Part shown: one piece after another, positions 42,119 to 51,438 of the stretch
Numbering within the stretch: the first letter of the stretch is position 1
Layout of the letters: each line of letters opens with the position of its first letter
Origin: Hyphomicrobiales bacterium
GTDB lineage: Bacteria > Pseudomonadota > Alphaproteobacteria > Rhizobiales > Beijerinckiaceae
Reading direction: 5' to 3'
Assembly (NCBI GenBank): GCA_028868735.1
Contig: JAGWTW010000003.1
Span: 31,749-95,748, forward strand
Length of the DNA stretch: 64,000 nucleotides
Notes under the pieces: generated by a model
What the model was told of the DNA's origin: nothing
What the model saw: only the letters and a program-made list of their open reading frames with translations
Database searches by the model: none
Position numbers and translations under genes: made by a program

Positions 42119-43748
42119 AATTCACGTTCTGCGGCAGCGCGCCATACAGATGCGCGCCGCGCGAATCGAGCCGCGACGCGCAATAGGCGTCCGAGACGAA
42201 CGCCGGCGCGCTCTTGACGAGCACGCTCGCCTGCAATGCTGTCGCAAGCCGGTCGACCAGATTGCGCGCACGCGCCTCGAAATCTTCGGTCGCACGCATG
42301 TCGTCTTTCAAAGCCGCGACGTGCCGGTCGTAAGACGCATTGCTTCCTTTCGCGTCGTCGAGTTCTTCGAAACAGGCCTCAAGTGCTTCGGGCGCGCGGC
42401 TCATGGCGCGCAACACGTCGAGGCATTGCACGTTGCCCGAGCCCTCCCAGATGGCGTTGACAGGGCTTTCGCGGAAATGGCGCGGCATCGGCCCGTCCTC
42501 CATTACGCCAGAGCCGCCGATGCATTCCATCGCCTCGGCCGTCATGCCGGGCGTGCGTTTGCAAATCCAGTATTTGCCGATCGCCGTGCCGATGCGGATC
42601 AATTGCGCCTCACGCGCCTCGGCGCGGTCGTCGAGCGCACGGCCGATGCGCATGGTCAGCGCGATCGCGGCCTCCGTCTCCAGCGCGAGGTCGGCCAGCA
42701 CGTTCTGCATGATCGGTTGGTCGATCAAGAGCTTGCCGAACGCCGCGCGCTGACGGCAATGGTCGATCGCCTGCGCCAGGGCGGCGCGCATGATGGCGGA
42801 CGAGCCGATCATGCAGTCGAAGCGCGTCATGGCGACCATTTCGATGATGGTGGCGACGCCGCGGCCCTCCCTGCCGATCATCCAGCCGAACGCGCCGCGC
42901 AGCTCCGTCTCGCTCGAGGCGTTGGAGGCGTTGCCCATCTTCTTCTTGAGGCGCAGGACTTGAAGCGGATTCTTGGATCCGTCCGGCTTCCAGCGCGGCA
43001 CAAGGAAGCAGGACAGGCCGCCCGGCGCCTGGGCGAGCACCAGAAAGGCGTCGCACATCGGCGCCGAGACGAAGAACTTGTGCCCGACGAGTTCGTATTC
43101 CCCGCCTGGGCCCCCGGCGCTGACCGGAATGGCGCGCGTCGTGTTGGCGCGCACGTCCGAGCCGCCCTGCTTTTCGGTCATAGCCATGCCGATCGTGAGG
43201 CCCTTCTTCTGATCGGCCGGCACATTCCGTGGGTCGTAGTCGCGAGCGAAGATTTTCGGCAGCCAGTCCTTGGCGACATCGGGCTGAAGCGCGAGCGCGG
43301 GCGCGCAGGCGAATGTCATGCTGATCGGGCAGCCGTGGCCCGGCTCGACCTGGCTGTGCATGTAGAAACGCGCGGCGCGCGCAACATGCGCGCCCTTGCG
43401 CGGCTCGGTCCAGGGCGAAGCGTGCAGTCCCTCCTCGATCGAGGTCTTCATGAGTTGGTGATAGGATGGGTGGAAGCGGACGAGGTCGATTCTGCGGCCG
43501 TAGCGGTCGTGCGTGTCGAATTCGGGCAGATTGCGATTTGCCTGCATGCCGAGTTCGAGATAATCGGCCCTGCCGATGCGCGCGCCGAAATCGGCTATGT
43601 CGTTTGCCGCCCAGCCCGCGCCTTCGCGCGCGACGGCCTCGGCAAGCGGCCGGTCGCCTGTGAAGAGATTGTAGTCTGCGAGTTCGTGCGGCTGGTTGAT
43701 CACGTCGTGCGTGACGGCTCCGTAGGCGTCGAGGGCGGCGGTCGACAT
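42084..43748 (-). CDS. AidB-like acyl-CoA dehydrogenase family protein
   Basis: 554 aa. THDVINQPHELADYNLF...MTEKQGGSDVRANTT... is the AidB-type N-terminal extension plus ACAD core. Its 3' end overlaps the cobW-like gene by 35 nt (convergent). Confidence 0.85.
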   Translation of the reverse strand: MSTAALDAYGAVTHDVINQPHELADYNLFTGDRPLAEAVAREGAGWAANDIADFGARIGRADYLELGMQANRNLPEFDTHDRYGRRIDLVRFHPSYHQLMKTSIEEGLHASPWTEPRKGAHVARAARFYMHSQVEPGHGCPISMTFACAPALALQPDVAKDWLPKIFARDYDPRNVPADQKKGLTIGMAMTEKQGGSDVRANTTRAIPVSAGGPGGEYELVGHKFFVSAPMCDAFLVLAQAPGGLSCFLVPRWKPDGSKNPLQVLRLKKKMGNASNASSETELRGAFGWMIGREGRGVATIIEMVAMTRFDCMIGSSAIMRAALAQAIDHCRQRAAFGKLLIDQPIMQNVLADLALETEAAIALTMRIGRALDDRAEAREAQLIRIGTAIGKYWICKRTPGMTAEAMECIGGSGVMEDGPMPRHFRESPVNAIWEGSGNVQCLDVLRAMSRAPEALEACFEELDDAKGSNASYDRHVAALKDDMRATEDFEARARNLVDRLATALQASVLVKSAPAFVSDAYCASRLDSRGAHLYGALPQNVNFNAIVERAGPR

Positions 43749-43908
43749 GAGTGTTCTCCCGGACCTGAGCTTTCGCGTTTTCGCGTCGTGACGAGCCTAT
43801 CGCTTCACGGAAGGCCCGTCATGCCCGGTGTAGCGCTCGGACGGCGCCGAGACCCGGGACAAAGCGGACCGCAACGTGCCAATGTGCGACGGAAAATCAG
43901 AGAGCAGT

Positions 43909-44652
43909 ATGGACGCTGAAGACAGAGCAGATATCGACGCCGAGGCCGGAGAGAGCGCGTGTCCGCATTGCGGCAAACCGTCGACGCTGTGCGTGTGCGA
44001 GCGCGTGGCGCCCGTCGAAAACCGGGTCGAGGTTCTGATTCTCCAGCATCCGCAGGAGCAGGATCGACTGCTCGGGACCGCCCGGCTTGCAGGACGGCAG
44101 CTTGCAAGAGCGACATTCCGGATCGGCCTGTCCTGGCCAAGTCTCGCCAAGGCGCTCGGGCGGGAAGCGCAGCCGGCGGACTGGGCCGTGCTGTATCTCG
44201 GCGCGGCCAATGCCGCAGAATTGCCCGCGAACCGCGAAGTCGTCGTTCTCGACAAAAAGGGCGCCGTGATTGCCGATCAGGACGCGGCGCTCCGGCGCAT
44301 CAGAGGCGTCGTCGTGTTCGACGGCACCTGGGCGCAAGCGAAGACGCTGTGGTGGCGGAACGCGTGGGTGCTGAAGGCGCGGCGGCTCGTTCTCAATCCG
44401 AAGCAACGTTCGCTTTACGGCGCGTTGCGTCGCGAACCGCGCCGCGAAAGCCTGTCGACGATCGAGGCGATCGGCCTGGCGCTCTCCGCCATCGAAGGCC
44501 GGGCGGAGATCGGCGGGGCTCTTCGCGCAGGATTTGCGGCGATGCTCGACAAATATCGCGCCGCGATCGCCGCTGGCGAGGTCAAGCCCGACGCGCCTAA
44601 GGAAAGCCCCCGCCGCGACTGGCGCGGCAAGCGCCGACGGCCCGGAAAGTAG
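43909..44652 (+). CDS. DTW-domain protein (tRNA-uridine aminocarboxypropyltransferase family)
   Basis: An N-terminal Cys cluster (CPHCGKPSTLCVC) and the DGTW motif (VVVFDGTWAQAKTLWW). The start is uncertain: 43909, 43882 or GTG 43876. Confidence 0.8.
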   Translation: MDAEDRADIDAEAGESACPHCGKPSTLCVCERVAPVENRVEVLILQHPQEQDRLLGTARLAGRQLARATFRIGLSWPSLAKALGREAQPADWAVLYLGAANAAELPANREVVVLDKKGAVIADQDAALRRIRGVVVFDGTWAQAKTLWWRNAWVLKARRLVLNPKQRSLYGALRREPRRESLSTIEAIGLALSAIEGRAEIGGALRAGFAAMLDKYRAAIAAGEVKPDAPKESPRRDWRGKRRRPGK

Positions 44653-44665
44653 CGTCGAGCGTTCC

Positions 44666-44762
44666 GGGCGTCATTCTCGCGTAAGCGGGACGCCGGTTTA
44701 CGGATCGCGCCGTATCGGGAACGCGGGGGGACCGGATATCCGCTTTCGCGGGCGTGACGGCG
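44666..44762. repeat. Imperfect ~32-bp inverted repeat (REP-like) whose arms each contain a GNRA-loop mini-hairpin
   Basis: The left arm is GGGCGTCATTCTCGCGTAAGCGGGACGCCGGT (44666-44697). The reverse complement of 44731-44762 is CGCCGTCACGCCCGCGAAAGCGGATATCCGGT. By my hand alignment 21 of 32 positions are identical. It lies between convergent genes. Confidence 0.4.
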
Positions 44763-44767
44763 CGGAA

Positions 44768-44971
44768 TCAGTAGTGCGGCGGCGGGGGATCGATTGTCTT
44801 TCCGAAATCGACCGCTTCGAACGTCTCGCGAAGGAGAGCCAGCTGCTTCTGAAGCGCGTCGATCTTGCGCCATTGCGCCGCGACGACGTCGTTGAGGTCT
44901 GCAATCAATTTTTCCTGGTGCGCGCTGCGCACTTCCAGAGCCTCGATGCGCGCGCCGTCTTTTTCGTTCAT
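44768..44971 (-). CDS. slyX: SlyX-family protein
   Basis: 67 aa. RIEALEVRSAHQEKLIADLNDVVAAQWRKIDALQKQLALL is a coiled coil typical of SlyX. It has an ATGA overlap with the upstream MFS stop. Confidence 0.8.
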   Translation of the reverse strand: MNEKDGARIEALEVRSAHQEKLIADLNDVVAAQWRKIDALQKQLALLRETFEAVDFGKTIDPPPPHY

Positions 44972-46194
44972 TGTTCTTTCGCCTCCAGCTGGTCGGCGTT
45001 CTTCAGGTCCGGGAATATCCGCATCCACAATAGCGCGACGAGGATCGTGCCCGCGCCCCCTATGACGCCGGCGGCGACCGCGCCGAAGAGTCCTGCCGCC
45101 ATGCCCGATTCGAATTCGCCCAGCTGGTTGGACGTTCCGATGAACAGCGAATTGACCGCATTCACACGTCCACGCATCTCGTCCGGCGTGCCCAGCTGCA
45201 CCAGAGACTGGCGCACGACGACGCTGATGTTGTCGGCTGCGCCGGTGACTGCAAGAGCGACCAGCGACAACACGAAATTGCGCGAGAGCGAAAAGACGAC
45301 AATCGCTGCGCCGAAAGCGATCACGGCCGTGAACATCTTGCGGCCGACGCCGCCGCCGATGTTGCGGCTGACAAGCAATGACATGGCCACCGCGCCGACC
45401 GCCGGCGCAGATCGCAGGAGACCGAGGCCGAGCGAGCCGACGTGCAGAACGTCCTGCGCGTAGATCGGTAGAAGCGCCGTGACGCCGCCGAGCAAAACGG
45501 CGAAGAGATCGAGCGAAATCGCGCCGAGTATGACCGGACGCTTCCAGATGAAGCCGACGCCGGAAAAGATCGAGGCAAGCGTCACAGGTTCGCGCGAGGG
45601 CAGTCTGGCGCGCATGGCGACCGACAGAATGGTCGCGCAAGCGATTGCTGAAAAGACGGCTGCGAGACCGAGCGGCGCGGGCGCGCCTGCCGCATAAAGG
45701 AGGCCGCCGAGCGAGGGGCCTACGATATTGGCGGTCTGCATCGCAGAGGACGAAATGGCTACGCTGCGCGGCAGGGTGTCCGCAGGGACGATACCGGGCA
45801 GCAAGGCGGCCATGCTGGGATGTTCGAAGGCGCGCGATGCGCCGAGCACCATAACGGCGGTGAAGATCGTCGGGATCGTCAGCCAGTCGCTGTTGGCGCC
45901 GAGCGCGAGCGTCGTTAAAGCGAGTACGTTGACGAACTCGCAAATGGCGACGATGCGGCGCCGATCGAATCGATCGGCGACCGGTCCGACCACGAAGGTG
46001 AGCGCCACCATCGGCAGGAAGGCGGACAGGCCCAGGAGGCCGAGCAGATAAGCGCTGCCCGTGCGCGCATAGACGAGCCACCCGATCGCGACGCCCGCCA
46101 TCTGATAGGACAGCGAGGCGACGACGCGGCAAATCAGAAAAAACCGGAACGGCGCGCGCGCGTAGGCCCGCTCCGTAAAGGCCATATCGTCCAA
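44968..46194 (-). CDS. MFS transporter (EntS/DUF894-like)
   Basis: 408 aa with about 12 hydrophobic segments and the motif GPVADRFDRRRIV. The start may be the M at 46194 or the nearby MAFTE. Confidence 0.85.
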   Translation of the reverse strand: MDDMAFTERAYARAPFRFFLICRVVASLSYQMAGVAIGWLVYARTGSAYLLGLLGLSAFLPMVALTFVVGPVADRFDRRRIVAICEFVNVLALTTLALGANSDWLTIPTIFTAVMVLGASRAFEHPSMAALLPGIVPADTLPRSVAISSSAMQTANIVGPSLGGLLYAAGAPAPLGLAAVFSAIACATILSVAMRARLPSREPVTLASIFSGVGFIWKRPVILGAISLDLFAVLLGGVTALLPIYAQDVLHVGSLGLGLLRSAPAVGAVAMSLLVSRNIGGGVGRKMFTAVIAFGAAIVVFSLSRNFVLSLVALAVTGAADNISVVVRQSLVQLGTPDEMRGRVNAVNSLFIGTSNQLGEFESGMAAGLFGAVAAGVIGGAGTILVALLWMRIFPDLKNADQLEAKEQ

Positions 46195-46326
46195 GATCGA
46201 GAACCTGTCGCCCGAGCCCTGTGGGCCGCGAACCTGCCCGACCGCTTTAATTCAGGCGGCCGCCACGGTCAAAGGCGCACGACCCATCGGACACGTCCGG
46301 GCAACATTGATTGTGGCCCTCGCATG

Positions 46327-47034
46327 TCAAGGCCGATCGCGGGGCGCCTCGACATACATGCCCTCCGGGCCGACCCAGGCGAGATGATCGTGCAACTTTT
46401 GCACGCCAGGCGTATTCTCGACGAGAACGCGCACGGCCTCGCGCTCCCGTTCATCGAGGATCGCGCCGGACAGCGTGACTTCGCCATGTTCGACATCGAT
46501 GCCGATCAAGCCGATCGGCGCCCATTTCTGCGCGCGCAGTTCGCCGAGTATGCGGTCTCTGATCTCGCGGTCGGATTTCGGCGCAAGCACCATCTTCTGC
46601 TGCGCGAGACCGCGAACGATGTCGGCGCGCGCGACGACCCCCACGATCTTTTCGTCACGCAAAACAGGCAGGCGTTTGACGTGTTTCTTCTCCATGAGTT
46701 CGACGATTTCCTCGATCGGCGTCCGCTCGAGAACCCATACAGGATTGTCGCTCATGATTTCCGAAACGCGCCTTCCGTGCGCATGGACGTAGTCAAGAGC
46801 CTCGACGCCGGGTCCGAACAGGAATTCGAGCCAGCGCGGACGCTTCCTCTGCGTACCAAGTTCGGCGCGACGCAACAGGTCGCCTTCCGTCAAAATTCCC
46901 GCGAGCCGTCCGTAGGCGTCGACGACCGGCAGTCCGCTCAACTTGCGATCAATCATCAGACGCACCGCATCGTCGATCTTCGCATCGGAAGAAATCGTGA
47001 CCGCGGGCGAGGTCATGAGTTCGGCGGCTTTCAT
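46327..47034 (-). CDS. CBS-pair + BON domain protein
   Basis: Two CBS motifs (LSGLPVVDAYGRLAGILTEGDLL and VKRLPVLRDEKIVGVVARADIV), then a BON-like C-terminus (IDVEHGEVTLSGAILDEREREAV). Length is 235 aa. Confidence 0.85.
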   Translation of the reverse strand: MKAAELMTSPAVTISSDAKIDDAVRLMIDRKLSGLPVVDAYGRLAGILTEGDLLRRAELGTQRKRPRWLEFLFGPGVEALDYVHAHGRRVSEIMSDNPVWVLERTPIEEIVELMEKKHVKRLPVLRDEKIVGVVARADIVRGLAQQKMVLAPKSDREIRDRILGELRAQKWAPIGLIGIDVEHGEVTLSGAILDEREREAVRVLVENTPGVQKLHDHLAWVGPEGMYVEAPRDRP

Positions 47035-47138
47035 CGTTGCCCCGGCTTTTCCGTTTCGCAGGCCAGCGAAACCAACTGGCGTGAGACTATTCGCATCAGA
47101 TCATGCGCGCCTTGAGGCAGGGCAAGACGTTTGTTTGC

Positions 47139-48314
47139 TTATGCCGCAGCCAATCTCGCGGCGAGCGCGATCAAAGCGCGATCCGCGCCACGGCCGCCGA
47201 CGAGCGAAAGGCCGATCGGCGCGCCGTCTGCAAGCCCGGCGGGAATCACGAGTTGCGGGAGGCCGGCCAAGCCCGCAGGGCACAGAAAGGCCATGGCTTC
47301 GTTGCGATAGGCTTCGAGAGCGGAAGCGGCGCTGTCGAGCTTCGGCGCCGGCCCGTGCAGCACGGGGGCGATCATCACGCCTCCGTCCGCATAGAGCCCG
47401 TGGAGATGCGCGGCAAAGCTATCGCGAGTCTTGCGAGCGGCAGCGAACTGCGCATCGGTCACCGTTCGGGCGTATTCGATTCGCTCGGCGACGTGCTTGC
47501 CGAGCACGGGGCGCCGGCTCTCGTACCAGCCCCCATGCAGCGACCATGCCTCGTGCGCCTGGATGAAACGGAAAGAATCGTAAATTTCCTGCAGGGGCCG
47601 ATCATAAACTGCGGCCTCGGTCGCCGGCCCCAGGACTCGTTGCACACGTTCAAGGGGCTCTGCGAGCGCCGTCCGCGTCGCATCGGGAAGCATCGCGAAC
47701 AGGTCGCCGGCGATCATGACGCGGTCTCCCCGGACGCCCGCGGGCGGCAGCAATGCGTGCCCTACGACCGCGAAGGTCTCGATCGTACGCGCGAAAAACC
47801 CGCAAGTGTCGAGGCTCGGAGCAAGCGGCATGCAGCCCGCGAGCGATATCGCGCCGTGCGTGGGCCGAAGTCCATAGAGCCCGCAGAAGCTCGCGGGCGC
47901 GCGCACCGATCCGCCCGTGTCGGTGCCGAGCGCAAAATCGCACAGGCCTGCGGCGACCGCGCTGGCGGAGCCGGAGGAGGAGCCGCCGGGAACGCGGTCG
48001 GGCGCGGCCGGGTTAACGGGCGTGCCGAAGTGCGCGTTCGTACCGTACAGCGACCATGCCAGTTCTTCGGTGTGCGTTTTGCCGACGAAGAGCGCGCCCA
48101 AATCGAGCAGCCTTTGCACCGTCGGCGCGCTGGCCGTCGCGACACGGCTTTCGGCGAGCTTCACCGGATTGCCGCAGGCGGTTGGGTAGCCCTCGACGTC
48201 GAACAAGTCCTTGACCCCGAATGTGAGGCTGCCGAGCGCGCCGGATGCGGCGCCGGAAACAGAAGTCGCGGGATAGGGCACAAAAGCGCGAACCGGATCG
48301 GCGCCGAGCAGCAT
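47139..48314 (-). CDS. Amidase-signature family amidase
   Basis: AAGGAG RBS. The signature is GGSSSGSASAVAAGLCDFALGTDTGGSVRAPASFCGLYGLRPT. Length is 391 aa. Confidence 0.9.
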   Translation of the reverse strand: MLLGADPVRAFVPYPATSVSGAASGALGSLTFGVKDLFDVEGYPTACGNPVKLAESRVATASAPTVQRLLDLGALFVGKTHTEELAWSLYGTNAHFGTPVNPAAPDRVPGGSSSGSASAVAAGLCDFALGTDTGGSVRAPASFCGLYGLRPTHGAISLAGCMPLAPSLDTCGFFARTIETFAVVGHALLPPAGVRGDRVMIAGDLFAMLPDATRTALAEPLERVQRVLGPATEAAVYDRPLQEIYDSFRFIQAHEAWSLHGGWYESRRPVLGKHVAERIEYARTVTDAQFAAARKTRDSFAAHLHGLYADGGVMIAPVLHGPAPKLDSAASALEAYRNEAMAFLCPAGLAGLPQLVIPAGLADGAPIGLSLVGGRGADRALIALAARLAAA

Positions 48315-48510
48315 CGCGAATATCTCCTTCTTTCAGTGTCGTGGCGCAGAGTAAGCATTTTTAGCGGCGGGACGGAATCGCCTGATAAATCCGCATCAAA
48401 GTTGATCCGCCACAAGTCGCGACGCGCGCGGGAGGCGTATGTGGCCAATCCGGGTGGTACTGCGGCGGCGAAAAGGCGTCGCCCGCGGCAGCCAAATTGG
48501 AGGATCGACG

Positions 48511-49239
48511 ATGTCCGGGCCGAAGGGCTCTATACGAGCCGCCCCGCCGGAGATCATCTGTACATTCTGCGGGGTGCATTCGAGCGGAATCTGCTCTGCT
48601 CTAGCGCCGGAGGAAATCGTCGAACTCGACCGCATGGCCAAGCGCGCGCTCTATGCGCCGAAAGACACGATTTTTTCGCAAGGCGAGCGCCTCACGCGAA
48701 TCTACATTGTCACAGAGGGACTTGTCCGCCTGAGCAAGTTGCTGCCCGACGGCCGTCGGCAAGTCATCGGCTTTCGGCTTCCTGGCGATGTGATCGGGCT
48801 GTCGAACGCCGAGCACTACGGGGTCTCTGCGGACGCCATCAACCAGGTCGCTGTCTGCTGGTTGCCGAAACCGGCGTTCATGCGTTTTGCCGGCGAGCGT
48901 CTCGCGCTCCTGCGCAAGCTGAACGAATTTGCGCTGCGCGAATTGTCGGCCGCGTACGATCGCATGCTGCTGCTCGGGCGATTTTCGGTCGAGGAGAAGC
49001 TGGCTTCGTTCCTGATCGGGTGGCGTGACCGCCTTGCGCGTCTGTCGCGCGCCCAGGACATCGTGCCGCTCCCGATGAGTCGACGCGATATCGCCGATTA
49101 TCTCGGGCTCACGATCGAAACCGTCAGCCGCACCTTTACGAAATTCGAACGCGAGAAGCTGATCGTGGTCCATGGCGGGGGCGTGTCGATCGTGGACGAC
49201 AGACGGCTGACCAAGCTCGCCGTCGCGTTATCATCATGA
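48511..49239 (+). CDS. Crp/Fnr-family transcriptional regulator with an Fnr-type N-terminal Cys cluster
   Basis: GGAGGA RBS before the ATG at 48511. It has an N-terminal CTFCGVHSSGIC, a cNMP-binding-like barrel, and the C-terminal HTH RRDIADYLGLTIETVSRTFTKFE. Length is 242 aa. Confidence 0.88.
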   Translation: MSGPKGSIRAAPPEIICTFCGVHSSGICSALAPEEIVELDRMAKRALYAPKDTIFSQGERLTRIYIVTEGLVRLSKLLPDGRRQVIGFRLPGDVIGLSNAEHYGVSADAINQVAVCWLPKPAFMRFAGERLALLRKLNEFALRELSAAYDRMLLLGRFSVEEKLASFLIGWRDRLARLSRAQDIVPLPMSRRDIADYLGLTIETVSRTFTKFEREKLIVVHGGGVSIVDDRRLTKLAVALSS

Positions 49240-49257
49240 CGATCCGGCTCTGGCGCC

Positions 49258-51312
49258 TTAGGTCGGCGCCTTCACGCCCTTGGTCAGGAATTTTCGCGCC
49301 TTGTTCAGGCCGCGGCCCTGCGCGCCGCCGCGCCGCCCTTCCCCGGCCTTGCCCGTGCCTGAGGGCTGCCAAGCGGGCACCAGCTGGTGCTTGCCCGGAC
49401 CAATCAGATCGGAGCGGCCCATGGCTTTGAGCGCGTCGCGCAAAACCGGCCAGTTCTCGGGGTCGTGATAACGCAGGAAAGCCTTGTGCAGGCGACGCTG
49501 GCGCAGGCCCTTGATCGTCTCGACGCGCTCCGACGCGCCGCGCCGCACAGGTTTCAACGGGTTGACGCCCGAATGATACATGGCCGTCGAGAGCGCCATC
49601 GGCGAAGGTAGGAATGTCTGAACCTGGTCGGCGCGGTACCTGTTCTTCTTGAGCCAGAGCGCGAGGTTCATCATGTCCTCGTCGCTGGTGCCGGGATGCG
49701 CCGCGATGAAATAGGGAATTAGAAAATATTCCTTACCGGCTCTCTTCGCGGCGGCGTCGAACAATTGCTTGAAGCGGTCGTAGGCGCCGATGCCCGGCTT
49801 CATCATCTTCGAGAGCGGGCCATCCTCGGTGTGTTCCGGCGCGATCTTCAGATAGCCGCCGACGTGATGTTCGACGAGCTCCTTTACGTAGGCAGGGCTT
49901 TTGACGGCCAGATCGTATCGGACGCCCGATGCGACCATCACCTTCTTGACGCCCGGCACCGCGCGCGCCTTTCGGTAGAGCGAGATGAGCGCGTCGTGGC
50001 TGGTGTTCAGGTTCTTGCAGATGTCGGGATAGACGCACGACGGGCGCCTGCACAGCGCTTCCGTCTGGGGATCCTTGCAGGCGATACGATACATGTTGGC
50101 GGTCGGGCCGCCGATGTCCGAGATGATTCCGGTGAATCCCTCGGTTTTGTCGCGGATCGTCTCGATCTCCTTGATGATGGAGTCTTCGGATCGCGACTGG
50201 ATGATGCGGCCCTCGTGCTCGGTGATCGAGCAGAAGGAGCAGCCGCCGAAGCATCCGCGCATGATCGTCACCGAATGGCGGATCATCTCCCAGGCGGGGA
50301 TTTTCGCGCCGCCGTAGACCGGGTGGGGCGCGCGGGCGAAGGGGAGTTCGTAGACGCCGTCCATTTCGGGCGTCGTCAGCGGGATCGGCGGCGCCGTCAG
50401 CCAGATGTCGCGATCGCCGTGGCGCTGGGTCAGCGGGCGCGCGTTGCCGGGATTGCTCTCGCGATGCAGGACGCGCGAGGCGCGCGCGTAGAGTTCGGGA
50501 TCGGCTACGACCTGTTCGAAGGCGGGAAGGCGGATGACGACGTTTTCGTCTGCGCGACGGCGCGCGCCCTCGTCCGGCGCTTCGATGTCGTCGACCGGCG
50601 TCTCCGTCCAGCTTTCCGGCGTTCTTGCGCGGGAAAACGCCACGCCGCGGATGTCGGAAAAATCCTGGTCGATCCCGCGCCTGGCGATCCGGTGCGCGAC
50701 CTCGACCAGCGCGCGCTCGGCGTTGCCATAGAGCAGCAGGTCAGCCTTGGCGTCGAACAGGATCGAGCGGCGGACCTTGTCGGACCAATAGTCGTAATGT
50801 GCGATCCGGCGGAGCGAGGCTTCGATGCCGCCGAGCACGAGCGGCGTTTCCGGAAACGCTTCGCGGCAGCGCTGGGCATAGACGATTGTCGCGCGATCCG
50901 GCCGCCGGCCGCCTTCGCCGTCCGGCGTGTATGAATCGTTGTGACGCAAGCGGCGGTCGGACGTGTAGCGGTTGACCATGGAATCCATGTTGCCCGCCGT
51001 GACGCCGAAGAAGAGGTTCGGCTTGCCGAGCGCCCTGAACGCTTCTGCCGAGCGCCAGTCCGGTTGTGCGATGATGCCGACGCGAAATCCCTGCGCCTCG
51101 AGCAGCCGGCCGATGATCGCCATGCCAAAGGAAGGATGGTCGATATAGGCGTCGCCGGTCACGAGAACGACGTCGCAGGAATCCCAGCCGAGCTCGACCA
51201 TCTCACCGCGCGACATCGGCAGGAAGGGCGCGGTTCCGAACCGCGCCGCCCAATGCTTGCGGTAGGAGAAAAGGGGCTTTGCGCCCGCCGGGAGCGTCGA
51301 TGGCGCGGCCAT
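49258..51312 (-). CDS. ygiQ: YgiQ-family (UPF0313) radical SAM protein
   Basis: Start at [66 protein letters not shown], which is colinear with my memory of E. coli YgiQ. The radical SAM cluster is CFGGCSFCS. Length is 684 aa. Confidence 0.9.
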   Translation of the reverse strand: MAAPSTLPAGAKPLFSYRKHWAARFGTAPFLPMSRGEMVELGWDSCDVVLVTGDAYIDHPSFGMAIIGRLLEAQGFRVGIIAQPDWRSAEAFRALGKPNLFFGVTAGNMDSMVNRYTSDRRLRHNDSYTPDGEGGRRPDRATIVYAQRCREAFPETPLVLGGIEASLRRIAHYDYWSDKVRRSILFDAKADLLLYGNAERALVEVAHRIARRGIDQDFSDIRGVAFSRARTPESWTETPVDDIEAPDEGARRRADENVVIRLPAFEQVVADPELYARASRVLHRESNPGNARPLTQRHGDRDIWLTAPPIPLTTPEMDGVYELPFARAPHPVYGGAKIPAWEMIRHSVTIMRGCFGGCSFCSITEHEGRIIQSRSEDSIIKEIETIRDKTEGFTGIISDIGGPTANMYRIACKDPQTEALCRRPSCVYPDICKNLNTSHDALISLYRKARAVPGVKKVMVASGVRYDLAVKSPAYVKELVEHHVGGYLKIAPEHTEDGPLSKMMKPGIGAYDRFKQLFDAAAKRAGKEYFLIPYFIAAHPGTSDEDMMNLALWLKKNRYRADQVQTFLPSPMALSTAMYHSGVNPLKPVRRGASERVETIKGLRQRRLHKAFLRYHDPENWPVLRDALKAMGRSDLIGPGKHQLVPAWQPSGTGKAGEGRRGGAQGRGLNKARKFLTKGVKAPT

Positions 51313-51438
51313 GGTCGTTTCGCTAGGGTTGGCCCGATGCACGAGCAGCGCGCCGCGCCCAATCCCCAAGTTACCGCTGGCGCGCCCGCTTCCCCGCTCG
51401 TTTGGCGGGATTTGCGTCCAGCGTCAAGCGGAGCGGCG

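Noticed and set aside
48402-48415. A possible autoregulatory FNR box, TTGATCCGCCACAA, upstream of the Fnr-type regulator gene.
   Set aside because: Only one half-site is good. The second half, CACAA, matches ATCAA at 3 of 5 positions. That is too weak to call without conservation data.
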